Part shown: positions 27,287 to 36,414 of the stretch, in pieces | Layout of the letters: each line of letters begins with the position of its first letter | Position numbering within the stretch: position 1 is the first letter of the stretch | Assembly: GCA_045600965.1 (NCBI GenBank) | Contig: JAZRYW010000050.1 | Coordinates: forward strand, 8,252 to 72,251 | DNA from: Bacteroidales bacterium | GTDB taxonomy: Bacteria > Bacteroidota > Bacteroidia > Bacteroidales > UBA932 | DNA: 64,000 nt | Direction of reading: 5' to 3' | Position numbers and translations under genes: made by a program | Notes under the pieces: model-generated | Seen by the model: only the letters and a program-made list of their open reading frames with translations | Told to the model about the DNA's origin: nothing | Database searches by the model: none

Positions 27287-28574
27287 CATATCTCTTCCGG
27301 AAGGAGCAATCAATGAATCGGTTCTGCTGGCAGTAAGCGGCGGAATCGATTCGATGTGTTTGGCCAACCTCTTCGCATCCGCCACGCTCTGCAGAAGGTT
27401 TGCCATAGCGACAGTCAACTTCCACCTGCGCGGCGAAGAGTCTGACGGCGACCGCGAACTGGTCAGGCAGTGGGCCGGAGAGCGCGGGATAGAGTTCTTC
27501 ACCACCGATTTCGACACTGAGGATTATGCCCGCCGCAACGGCATTTCGATTGAAATGGCCGCACGCGAACTGCGCTACGGATGGTTTGCGGAAATTATGG
27601 AAAAGCACGGCTTCGACCGCCTTGCCACCGCCCACCATCTGGGTGACAGCGCTGAAACTATGATACTCAATCTCCTGCGTGGCACGGGACTTCGCGGAAT
27701 GGGCGGGATAAGGGCCGACGGAGGCAGAGTCATCCGCCCTCTGGCCGGCTTCACCCGCAGTGAGATAGAGAGGTATGCGCACGACAACGCCGTCGTTTTC
27801 CGAGAGGATTCCACCAACCGCGAGTCGGAGTTCGCACGCAACCGCATACGCAATGAGGTGTTCCCCCATTTCGAAAAAATCAACCCTTCCTTCCTGAGGA
27901 CTTTCGAGAAGGATATGGAGCATTTCAGGGAAGCCGGCGACATTCTGGACGAACAGAGGGAATCCGTCCGCAAAAGACTCTGCGTCACCCCTCCCGAAGG
28001 CTGCGAGATGGCATTGTCACTCAGCGCTCTCGATGCCCAGCCGCACTGCAGGTGGTATTTGCGCGAAATCCTCGAGCCATACGGATTCAACGCGGATATG
28101 GTGGAGGATATGCTCGGCCGAAGGGATGCGGTCAGCGGAAGGAAATTCATTTCCAGGGACTGGATGCTGGTATCCGACCGCAATGAATTGAGACTCTACC
28201 GCAACTGTCCTCCGACAGCCGCGCAGATCATTGTCGAGGTGTTCGACAGGCCCCCCCGGTTCTCATTGATCCCTCCCGAAGGCACGCTCTACGTTGACGC
28301 CGACAAGGTCAACCTGCCGCTGCAGACAAGGCTGTGGCGCGACGGAGACCGTTTCCAACCCTTCGGTATGAAGGGAAGCCGGCTTGTGAGCGACTTTCTG
28401 AAGGATATCAGACTCGACAGCTTCCTCAAGGAAAGACAGACTGTCGCAACAACTGTCATCCGGGGCGTGGAAATGATAGTGTGCATCCCTCCCCACCGCA
28501 TTGACGGGCGCTTCCGCATCGGGCCCACGACCGAAAGGATAGCCTCCATAAGGATTGCGGACAAGGAAATCTGA
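27264..28574 (+). CDS. tilS: tRNA(Ile)-lysidine synthetase
   Basis: ORF 27087..28574. First in-frame ATG close to the PP-loop (LLAVSGGIDSMCL) is at 27264. It overlaps the upstream gene by 23 nt, so the start is uncertain. Confidence 0.8.
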   Translation: MPSVTPNSISLPEGAINESVLLAVSGGIDSMCLANLFASATLCRRFAIATVNFHLRGEESDGDRELVRQWAGERGIEFFTTDFDTEDYARRNGISIEMAARELRYGWFAEIMEKHGFDRLATAHHLGDSAETMILNLLRGTGLRGMGGIRADGGRVIRPLAGFTRSEIERYAHDNAVVFREDSTNRESEFARNRIRNEVFPHFEKINPSFLRTFEKDMEHFREAGDILDEQRESVRKRLCVTPPEGCEMALSLSALDAQPHCRWYLREILEPYGFNADMVEDMLGRRDAVSGRKFISRDWMLVSDRNELRLYRNCPPTAAQIIVEVFDRPPRFSLIPPEGTLYVDADKVNLPLQTRLWRDGDRFQPFGMKGSRLVSDFLKDIRLDSFLKERQTVATTVIRGVEMIVCIPPHRIDGRFRIGPTTERIASIRIADKEI

Positions 28575-28586
28575 TGGGGAATTCCC

Positions 28587-29213
28587 CTAAAGGAAACTTA
28601 TGCTTTCGGGGCCTTCTGCACAGAGAAGGTCAAGGGCCGACAGACCCGGGATGAAGCCGTGTTTTGAAGAGAACACCTGGAAATAGGGCCGTACCTGACC
28701 GAGGTCGGAAAGGATTGTATTGGGGTGTTTGGGATGGATGGCATAGCGGTAGTCGCCCCGGGGATACTCCTTCACGAAGTCACCTGTCAGGCCCACGGGG
28801 GTGCTTATCCCGAAAAGGGAGGCGAGCAGACGGGTCAGGGCCATATTCAGGTCGAAAAGGTATTCGAAACCGCCTTCCATAACGGCATATATGTCGTCCT
28901 TGTAGTATTCGAAGAAGGGTGAGGAATTGTAGGCTGAGAAGATGGCCCTTTCGTGGCGCACCACCCAGGGAGTGCTGTAATCTATCCTTATGTCGCGGAT
29001 ACAGCGGCTTCCGGAGGCGTGGATCACGGGCACCTGCAGGGAATCGGCGCCACAGGCGGCATATATCAGGCACCTGTTGCGGTACGACTGCTTTGTATAG
29101 CTCTCACAGGCCTCGACAAGCGCCTCGTCCGCCCTGTTGAGAAGGGCGAAATATTCCACCGGAGGGAAATACGCCGTGGCCAGTATCACTCTGCCCGCCT
29201 CACTTCCTGCCAT
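28587..29213 (-). CDS. WbqC family protein
   Basis: ORF 28587..29213. The pattern YFPPVEYFALL...YTKQSYRNRCLI matches the recalled WbqC signature. 14-nt overlap with the lpxA stop. Confidence 0.6.
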   Translation of the reverse strand: MAGSEAGRVILATAYFPPVEYFALLNRADEALVEACESYTKQSYRNRCLIYAACGADSLQVPVIHASGSRCIRDIRIDYSTPWVVRHERAIFSAYNSSPFFEYYKDDIYAVMEGGFEYLFDLNMALTRLLASLFGISTPVGLTGDFVKEYPRGDYRYAIHPKHPNTILSDLGQVRPYFQVFSSKHGFIPGLSALDLLCAEGPESISFL

Positions 29214-29988
29214 AGCGGGCTATTCCTCGTGATGAACTGCGTATGAAACCGATGATGGCATCCCTCTGGGGGCTGGCGGGGAATTCGGCCTCAACCTTGG
29301 CCAGGGCGTTGGTGGTGTTCAGACCGCTCTGGAATATTGTCCTGTATATTTCTGAAATGGACTTCACCGTGTCGGGGGAAAAACCCCTGCGTCGCAGTCC
29401 GACTATGTTTATGCCCTCACAGGCGACGGGATTGCCGGATGCCAGCGCATAGGGAGGTATGTCCTTCGTGAGCACGCTGCCTCCGCCGACCATTGCGTGG
29501 ACGCCGACCTTGGAAAACTGGTGGACGACGGTTCCTCCGCCTATGATGGCCCAGTCCCCCACTTCAGTTTCACCTGCAAGACCTACGTAACTTACCAGGA
29601 TGCAGTGGTCACCGACAAGACAGTCGTGGGCGACGTGCACATACGACATAATCAGGCAGTCGGAGCCTATCCTGGTCAGAGCCTTGCCGCTGGCCGCCGT
29701 ACCGCGGTTGATGGTGACGCATTCGCGTATGGTGGTGCGCTCGCCGATCTCGACCCGCGAGTATTCCCCGTCAAACTTCAGATCCTGGGGTACGGCGCCG
29801 ACAACAGCGCCGGGGAACACGTGACAGCCGGGGCCGAGTTTCACGTGGTCGTAGATGGTCACGTTGGGCTCAATGACACAGCCCTCACCGATTTCCACAT
29901 CCGCTGCGATATAGCAGAAAGGTCCTATGCTCACATCTTTCCCGATACGGGCTTCAGGGCTTATCACGCTTCCGTTGAAGATTTCCAT
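29200..29988 (-). CDS. lpxA: Acyl-ACP--UDP-GlcNAc O-acyltransferase
   Basis: ORF 29200..29988, 262 aa. Hexapeptide repeats plus the C-terminal helical domain. Confidence 0.9.
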   Translation of the reverse strand: MEIFNGSVISPEARIGKDVSIGPFCYIAADVEIGEGCVIEPNVTIYDHVKLGPGCHVFPGAVVGAVPQDLKFDGEYSRVEIGERTTIRECVTINRGTAASGKALTRIGSDCLIMSYVHVAHDCLVGDHCILVSYVGLAGETEVGDWAIIGGGTVVHQFSKVGVHAMVGGGSVLTKDIPPYALASGNPVACEGINIVGLRRRGFSPDTVKSISEIYRTIFQSGLNTTNALAKVEAEFPASPQRDAIIGFIRSSSRGIARYGRK

Positions 29989-30809
29989 ATTTTCCTGATT
30001 TTTAATGCGGTGTCAGTATTTATCGTATGGCCTGGACGGTATGCCTCCACCCTTGCCTTCAAGGGCGCCCCGAGAAGGGCGAAATCGCCCAGCACGTCGA
30101 GCAGCTTGTGGCGGGCGCACTCGTTGGGGAAACGGAGCGGAGGATTGCACAGATAAGCGTCCCGGGCAACCACTACGGCGTTGTCAAGGTCTCCTCCCCT
30201 GACCAGACCGGCCGCACGGAGCGCCTCCACCTCCTCGAGGAAGCAGAAGGTGCGGCAGGGGGCTATCTGACGGGCGAAATCATCCCCGCTGCCGAAGGTC
30301 GCGCGCTGCACGCCGAAGAAAGGATGATTGAAATCGACAGTCACTTCAAGTGAGAATTCGTCCGCCGGAGTCACCAGTATGCGGGACTGGCCGCTGACAA
30401 GCTCGACGGGGCTGTCAAGGGTGATGAAGCGGCGAGGAGCATCCTGCGCTGCAAGGCCGTCGGAGAGGATGGCCGAGACATAGGACTGTGCGCTGCCGTC
30501 CAGTATGGGCAGTTCGGGACAGCCGATGTGCACCAGGGCATTGTCCACACCGAGGGCATAGAGGGCTCCGAGAAGATGCTCGGCTGTGGAAACGGTGGCC
30601 TTTGAACAGCCTATGGTTGTGCTTCGTCTTGTCTGCACGACATTTTCGGCAAGGGCCGGAATCTCCGCGCCCTGCAAGTCATCGCGGACAAGGACGATCC
30701 CCGTGCCGGGAGAAGCGGGGCAGAGGCGCACCTGCGACTGCAGGCCGGTATGGAGGCCCTTGCCGGCAAAGAGATATTCGCTTCGCAAGGTATGCTGTCT
30801 GTCTGTCAT
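29964..30809 (-). CDS. lpxC: UDP-3-O-acyl-GlcNAc deacetylase (stand-alone, no FabZ domain)
   Basis: ORF 29964..30809, 281 aa. [16 protein letters not shown]..., [10 protein letters not shown] and GHTINT motifs. Stop lies inside the lpxA start region. Confidence 0.9.
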   Translation of the reverse strand: MTDRQHTLRSEYLFAGKGLHTGLQSQVRLCPASPGTGIVLVRDDLQGAEIPALAENVVQTRRSTTIGCSKATVSTAEHLLGALYALGVDNALVHIGCPELPILDGSAQSYVSAILSDGLAAQDAPRRFITLDSPVELVSGQSRILVTPADEFSLEVTVDFNHPFFGVQRATFGSGDDFARQIAPCRTFCFLEEVEALRAAGLVRGGDLDNAVVVARDAYLCNPPLRFPNECARHKLLDVLGDFALLGAPLKARVEAYRPGHTINTDTALKIRKIWKSSTEA

Positions 30810-31726
30810 TTCTTGGAATTGGCCTGCCTTCGCATAAGGGCGTAGGCGCGCAGGTATTCATTTTTGGGAATTGCGGGATAGCCGCAGAGTGTCTGTCCCG
30901 GCTGGAGCACGTTGCCCGTGATGCCGCTCTTTGCCGCAAGGGTGGTGTGGTCGGCCACCGTTACGTGACCTATGACGCCGCTCTGCCCTCCGAAACGGCA
31001 GCAAGCCCCTATCTTGCAGGACCCTGCAAAACCGGAAAGCGCGGCGATGACCGTATTCTCGCCTATCTCGACATTGTGGGCGACGTGGCAGAGATTGTCT
31101 ATCTTCACGCCACGACGGATGACTGTGGATCCCATAGTGGCGCGGTCGATGGTGGTGTTGGCGCCTATCTCCACATCGTCCTCGATGACGACATTCCCCG
31201 TCTGAGGTATCTTGCTGTACGATCCGTCCTCCTGCGGAGCAAAACCGAACCCGTCCGCTCCTATGACCGCACCGCTGTGTATTATGCAGCGGCTGCCTAT
31301 CACGCAGCCGTCATAGACGACGGCGCCGGCGTGTATAACCGTATCCTCGCCTATGACCACATCCCTGCCGATGGAGGCCCTGCGGTCGATCCTGCTGCCC
31401 CGGCCCACCCTGGCACGATGTCCGCGACGGCGCTGCGCCGCCTTCTGTGCGCTGAACATACGCAGCACATCCGCGATGCCGGCATAGGCATCATCAACCC
31501 TTATCAGAGTGGCCCGCAGCGGTTGGGAGGGGATGAAACCGCGGTTGACGAGCATAACGTCAGAGCGGCAGGAATAGATGAAATGCTCATATTTGGGATT
31601 GGCCAGGAAACTTATCGCTCCCGGCTCCCCCTGCTCTATCCTTGCCACGCGGTCAACCCTCACGGAAGGGCTGCCTTCCATATCACCGCCGAGACGGAGC
31701 GCTATTTCTTCTGCAGTGAAAGACAT
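30806..31726 (-). CDS. lpxD: UDP-3-O-acylglucosamine N-acyltransferase
   Basis: ORF 30806..31762 trimmed to [14 protein letters not shown] at 31726. Hexapeptide repeats. Confidence 0.9.
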   Translation of the reverse strand: MSFTAEEIALRLGGDMEGSPSVRVDRVARIEQGEPGAISFLANPKYEHFIYSCRSDVMLVNRGFIPSQPLRATLIRVDDAYAGIADVLRMFSAQKAAQRRRGHRARVGRGSRIDRRASIGRDVVIGEDTVIHAGAVVYDGCVIGSRCIIHSGAVIGADGFGFAPQEDGSYSKIPQTGNVVIEDDVEIGANTTIDRATMGSTVIRRGVKIDNLCHVAHNVEIGENTVIAALSGFAGSCKIGACCRFGGQSGVIGHVTVADHTTLAAKSGITGNVLQPGQTLCGYPAIPKNEYLRAYALMRRQANSKK

Positions 31727-31790
31727 TTTCAGGTATTGCAATAACTGCCGCAAGATACGCAAATTAGTTTGATTATTGGAAAATTAAGTG

Positions 31791-31798
31791 TACATTTG
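31791..31798 (+). promoter_or_regulatory. -7 box TACATTTG for rimP-nusA-infB
   Basis: Exact TAnnTTTG, 63 nt upstream of ATG 31862. Confidence 0.45.
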
Positions 31799-31820
31799 CA
31801 TCCGGATTGGGCAAGGATGA

Positions 31821-31845
31821 AAGAGGACGGGAGTCCTCTTTTTTC
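31821..31845 (+). terminator. Intrinsic-terminator-like hairpin inside the rimP-nusA-infB leader
   Basis: AAGAGGAC-GGGA-GTCCTCTT is a perfect 8-bp stem running into a T6 tract (31839-31844). It lies between the predicted promoter and the rimP ATG, and no upstream plus-strand gene needs terminating. Confidence 0.55.
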
Positions 31846-31861
31846 GTAAAGATATAAGTTT

Positions 31862-32332
31862 ATGACAGACCGTAAATTTCTGGAACAGATTGTCAATGAG
31901 TACATTACCGACAAGGACATATTCCTCGTCTCGATAAGGGTAAGCCGTGACAACGACATAGAGATAGCCATCGAATGCACCTCCCGCGACGTGGAGATGG
32001 ATGACTGCGCCAACTTGAGCCGCTTCGTGGAATCGAAGCTTGACCGCGAAACGGAGGATTTCTCCCTGACCGTCACGTCAGCCGGCCTGACCTCCCCCTT
32101 CAAGGTCTTCAAGCAGTACGAAAAGTTCGTGGGGAAAGAGATTGAGGTTATGCAGGGCAGCGGGACCAAACTGCACGGAATACTGCGCAGCGCCACCCCG
32201 GAGGTCATCGAACTTGAATATGAAACCCTGGAGGCCGTGGAAGGCAAAAAACGCAAGGCCAAGGTCCTCCGCACCGACGCCATTCCGATGAGCTCCATAA
32301 AGAGCGCAAAACCTGTAATCAGATTCGAATAG
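31862..32332 (+). CDS. rimP: Ribosome maturation factor RimP
   Basis: ORF 31862..32332, 156 aa. Positioned directly upstream of nusA. Confidence 0.85.
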   Translation: MTDRKFLEQIVNEYITDKDIFLVSIRVSRDNDIEIAIECTSRDVEMDDCANLSRFVESKLDRETEDFSLTVTSAGLTSPFKVFKQYEKFVGKEIEVMQGSGTKLHGILRSATPEVIELEYETLEAVEGKKRKAKVLRTDAIPMSSIKSAKPVIRFE

Positions 32333-32370
32333 AAACAATAATCAAATACAATAAACATTCAAAATTTATT

Positions 32371-33606
32371 ATGGAAGGTCTTGACCTGATCAGCACATTC
32401 GCTGAATTTAAAGAAACCAAGAATATCGACCGCCCGACTATGATAGGCGTGCTTGAAGACGTATTCCGTTCACAACTCGCCAAGATGTACGGTGAGGACG
32501 GACAGTTCGAAGTCATCATCAACCCCGACCGCGGCGACTTCGAGATCTACCGCACCCGCACAGTCGTGGAGGAGGTTGAAAATCCCGACACTGAAATTTC
32601 ACTTGCAGACATACGCCTTATCGACGATTCATACGAGGTGGGTGAGGAATACACCGAATCGGTAAGCTTCGAAGACTTCGGCCGCCGCGGAATCCTCAGC
32701 ATCCGCCAGAACCTCTCGAGCCGCATAACCGACATCGAGAAGGCCAACCTCTTCAACAAGTACCGCGACCGCATCGGCGAAATAGTCATCTGCGACGTTC
32801 ATCAGGCATTCAAACGCGAGGTCATCGCAATGGATGAGGACCACAACCAGCTTGTGCTCCCCCGCTCCGAGCAGATACCTTCGGACTATTTCAGCAAGGA
32901 CGACCAGGTGAAGGCCATCATCAAGAGCGTGGAGATGAAGAACAACAATCCCATCATCACACTCTCGCGTACCTCGGACCTCTTCCTCGAGAAACTTTTC
33001 GAACAGGAGGTTCCCGAAATCTTCGACGGACTCATCACCATCAAGAAGGTTGTCCGCATCCCCGGTGAAAGGGCGAAAGTCGCAGTGGAATCCTATGATG
33101 ACCGCATCGACCCCGTCGGCGCCTGCGTCGGCGTGAACGGATCGCGTATCCGCGGCATAGTCCGTGAACTCCGCAACGAGAACATAGACATCATCAACTG
33201 GACGTCAAACACCCAGCTTCTCCTTCAGAGGGCTCTCGGTCAGGCCAAGATAAGCCAGATAAAGATCCAGGAGGACATCAAGCACATCAGCGTCTATCTC
33301 AAGCCCCAGGAAGTGTCGCTCGCAATCGGAAAGGGCGGCAGCAACATCAGGCTTGCAGGTATGATGGTGGGCTACGAACTTGACGTTTACCGTGAACTCG
33401 ACGAGGACGAGGAGGAAGAGGACGTGCTCCTGAGCGAATTCAACGATGAAATCGACCAGTGGATCATCGAGGCGCTCCAGAAGATAGGCTGCGACACGGC
33501 CAAGAGCGTGCTCGCCCTTCCCGTCGACGAGATATGCAAGCGCGCGGACCTCGAGGAGGAAACGGTTGTGGAGGTGCAGAAGATACTCCAGGCAGAATTC
33601 GAATAG
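32371..33606 (+). CDS. nusA: Transcription termination/antitermination factor NusA
   Basis: ORF 32371..33606. S1 and KH domains (GACVGVNGSRIRGIVREL, LAIGKGGSNIRLA). Confidence 0.92.
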   Translation: MEGLDLISTFAEFKETKNIDRPTMIGVLEDVFRSQLAKMYGEDGQFEVIINPDRGDFEIYRTRTVVEEVENPDTEISLADIRLIDDSYEVGEEYTESVSFEDFGRRGILSIRQNLSSRITDIEKANLFNKYRDRIGEIVICDVHQAFKREVIAMDEDHNQLVLPRSEQIPSDYFSKDDQVKAIIKSVEMKNNNPIITLSRTSDLFLEKLFEQEVPEIFDGLITIKKVVRIPGERAKVAVESYDDRIDPVGACVGVNGSRIRGIVRELRNENIDIINWTSNTQLLLQRALGQAKISQIKIQEDIKHISVYLKPQEVSLAIGKGGSNIRLAGMMVGYELDVYRELDEDEEEEDVLLSEFNDEIDQWIIEALQKIGCDTAKSVLALPVDEICKRADLEEETVVEVQKILQAEFE

Positions 33607-33639
33607 TCATAAATCAAAAATAAAAACGGGAGAACAGGT

Positions 33640-36378
33640 ATGGCAGATTTTTACAGACTGAACAAAGTACTAAAGGATTTCAACATAGGTATGGGCACCC
33701 TCATCGAGTTCCTTCGCAAGAAGAATATCGAGGTGGAGGCCAACCCTTCGGCAAAGATCGATGCAGCGGCATATTCCCTTTGCGAGAAGGAGTTCCACAA
33801 GGATCAGGTATTCAAGGATGAGGCCGGCAAGGTTGCCATCACCGTAAAGGAGATAACTGAACTCGGAAAGAAGAGGAAGGATGAGGCTGAAGAGCCCGTG
33901 GAAAGGGAAATCATCATCAAGAACACCAATCTGTCGACGGAGCAGCCCCGCAAGGCTGAAAAGGTGGCAAAACCGGCTGAAACTCCCGCAGCCCCCGCCA
34001 CCAGGATACTGGGTCACATAGACCTTGACGCCAAGAAGAAACCCGCGGCAGAGAAGGTGGAGACATCCCCGAGCGCAGAACCGGCTCCTAAGGCCGTCAA
34101 GAAGGAGGAGAAGCCCGCTCCCAAGGCGGAGGCTCCCGTGAAGGTCAGCGCTCCCGCCCCCAAGGCGGAGGCTCCTGCAAAGCAGCCCGAGGCCGAAGCG
34201 AAGGTTGAACGCCCCGTGATAGAACACATCGAGACAAAGGTTGAGAAGCTCCAGGGACCCAAGATCGCAGGCAGCATCGACCTTTCCCAGTTCGAGAAGA
34301 AGAAGCCCGAGGCAAAACCCGCCCAGAGCAGCGGAGCCAACCAGGGCAAGAAGCGTGACCGCATAAAGAAGGGCCGTGAAAGGGTTGACATCAACAACGT
34401 CGGCCGCAACATAGGCAAGGATCCCCGTGGAGGCAAGGGCGCATCCTCCAAGTTCAAGGGGACCCACGTGGAAGTTGACCAGGACGCCATCCAGAAGCAG
34501 ATAAAGGAGACCTACGCCCGTATGAACGAGGGCAAGGGCAAGACCCAGACATCCAAGCATCGCCGCGAGAAACGCGAAAACGTGTCCATCAAGATGCAGG
34601 AGGAGATGGAAATGCAGGAAATGACGAGCAACGTTCTCAAGGTCACTGAATTCGTGACGGTCAACGAACTCGCCATAATGATGAACAACACTCCCGTCAA
34701 CAACGTGATAATGGCCTGTATGAACCTCGGCCTGATGGTATCCATCAACCAGCGTCTCGACGCCGAAGCGCTCGTGCTTGTAGCGGAGGAGTTCGGCTAC
34801 AAGATAGAGTTCACCACCGCCACCGCGGACGAATCCGAAGAGGTGGCTGACGCTCCCGAAGACCTCGCTCCGCGTCCGCCCATTGTCACCGTTATGGGCC
34901 ACGTCGACCACGGCAAGACCTCCCTGCTTGACAACATACGCCAGACCAACGTCATCGCGGGCGAGGCCGGCGGCATCACCCAGCACATAGGCGCATACAA
35001 CGTGACGCTCTCCGACGGCAAGAGAATCACCTTCCTTGACACCCCCGGCCACGAGGCCTTTACGGCGATGCGTGCCCGCGGCGCCAAGATCACCGACCTT
35101 GCCATCATCATAGTGGCAGCCGATGACGCCATAATGCCGCAGACCATAGAGGCCATCAACCACGCGCAGGCCGCCGGCGTTCCTATGATATTCGCCATCA
35201 ACAAGATAGACAAGCCGGGCGCCAATCCCGAAAAGATAAGGGAGCAGCTTGCAAATATGAATATCCTCGTGGAGGACTGGGGCGGCAAGTACCAGTGCCA
35301 GGAAATCTCCGCCAAGAAGGGCATCAATGTCGACAAACTTCTCGAGAAGGTGCTTCTCGAAGCCGAGATGCTCGAGCTCAAGGCCAACCCCGACCGCCTT
35401 GCGGAAGGTTCCGTGATAGAGTCCTCACTCGACAAGGGCCGCGGATTCCTCGCCACCATAATGGTTCAGAAAGGCACTCTGCATGTAGGCGACATAATGC
35501 TTTCAGGCAGTTTCACCGGAAGGGTGAAGGCGATGTTCAACGAAAGAGGCCAGAAGGTCGATGCCGCAGGCCCGTCAACTCCCGTGTCCGTGCTCGGTCT
35601 GAACGGTGCCCCCACCGCGGGTGAGAAGTTCTCCGTTATGGAGGATGAGAAGGAAGCGCGTGAAATCGCCAACAAGCGCGAGCAGCTCCTCCGCATCCAG
35701 GGCATCAAGACCCAGAAGCATATGACCCTCGAGGAGATCGGCCGCCGTATCGCCATAGGAAACTTCAAGGAACTCAACTTCATCGTCAAGGGCGATGTGG
35801 ACGGTTCGATAGAGGCGCTCTCAGACTCCATCATCAAGCTCTCCAACGAGGAGGTGCAGGTCAATGTCATCCACAAGGCCGTAGGCGCGATCAGCGAATC
35901 GGACGTGCTGCTTGCAGCCGCTTCCGACGCCATCATCATCGGTTTCCAGGTGCGTCCTTCAGCCGGAGCCCGCAAGCTTTCGGAGAAGGAGCAGATTGAA
36001 ATCCGCCTCTACAGTGTCATCTATGACTGCATCAACGAGATCAAGGACGGTATCGAAGGTATGCTCGCCCCCGAACAGAAGGAGGAAGTCACCGCCACCG
36101 CAGAAGTGCGCGAGACCTTCAAGATCTCGAAGGTCGGCACCATCGCCGGATGTATGGTCAAGGACGGCAAGCTCACCCGCACGTCCAAGGTGCGCATCAT
36201 CCGCGACGGCATCGTGGTGTTCACAGGCGAGCTGAGTTCACTCAAGCGCTTCAAGGACGATGCGAAGGAGGTTCCTGCAGGTATGGACTGCGGTCTGAGC
36301 GTCGCCAACTACAACGACATCAAGGTGGACGACGTCATCGAGGCTTATCAGATTGTTGAAATCAAGAGGAAACTGTAA
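33640..36378 (+). CDS. infB: Translation initiation factor IF-2
   Basis: ORF 33640..36378, 912 aa. G-domain [24 protein letters not shown]. Ala/Pro/Lys-rich N-terminal region. Confidence 0.95.
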   Translation: MADFYRLNKVLKDFNIGMGTLIEFLRKKNIEVEANPSAKIDAAAYSLCEKEFHKDQVFKDEAGKVAITVKEITELGKKRKDEAEEPVEREIIIKNTNLSTEQPRKAEKVAKPAETPAAPATRILGHIDLDAKKKPAAEKVETSPSAEPAPKAVKKEEKPAPKAEAPVKVSAPAPKAEAPAKQPEAEAKVERPVIEHIETKVEKLQGPKIAGSIDLSQFEKKKPEAKPAQSSGANQGKKRDRIKKGRERVDINNVGRNIGKDPRGGKGASSKFKGTHVEVDQDAIQKQIKETYARMNEGKGKTQTSKHRREKRENVSIKMQEEMEMQEMTSNVLKVTEFVTVNELAIMMNNTPVNNVIMACMNLGLMVSINQRLDAEALVLVAEEFGYKIEFTTATADESEEVADAPEDLAPRPPIVTVMGHVDHGKTSLLDNIRQTNVIAGEAGGITQHIGAYNVTLSDGKRITFLDTPGHEAFTAMRARGAKITDLAIIIVAADDAIMPQTIEAINHAQAAGVPMIFAINKIDKPGANPEKIREQLANMNILVEDWGGKYQCQEISAKKGINVDKLLEKVLLEAEMLELKANPDRLAEGSVIESSLDKGRGFLATIMVQKGTLHVGDIMLSGSFTGRVKAMFNERGQKVDAAGPSTPVSVLGLNGAPTAGEKFSVMEDEKEAREIANKREQLLRIQGIKTQKHMTLEEIGRRIAIGNFKELNFIVKGDVDGSIEALSDSIIKLSNEEVQVNVIHKAVGAISESDVLLAAASDAIIIGFQVRPSAGARKLSEKEQIEIRLYSVIYDCINEIKDGIEGMLAPEQKEEVTATAEVRETFKISKVGTIAGCMVKDGKLTRTSKVRIIRDGIVVFTGELSSLKRFKDDAKEVPAGMDCGLSVANYNDIKVDDVIEAYQIVEIKRKL

Positions 36379-36414
36379 GAATCTGTTTTGAAATGATTAA
36401 CTTCATCTAACTAT

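Noticed and set aside
28576-28587. Perfect 12-nt palindrome GGGGAATTCCCC exactly between the convergent tilS and wbqC stops
   Set aside because: It is too short and has no loop or flanking T tract, so I cannot call it a terminator. It could be a weak bidirectional hairpin or chance, and there is no further support.
30488-31744. 418-aa plus-strand ORF antisense to lpxC/lpxD
   Set aside because: The explanation is the same codon-bias artefact. The sense strand carries unmistakable LpxD hexapeptide repeats and LpxC motifs, while the antisense product is Arg/Ala/Gly-rich low-complexity sequence.
33960-34330. Ala/Pro/Lys/Glu-rich repeats (APKAEAP...) suggesting a separate low-complexity gene
   Set aside because: The frame is continuous with infB, and variable low-complexity N-terminal regions are normal for IF-2.
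33670-35163. 497-aa minus-strand ORF antisense to infB
   Set aside because: It is antisense to a highly conserved IF-2 gene. The product is Gly/Leu/Val/His-rich with no motifs, a typical shadow ORF in GC-rich coding sequence.
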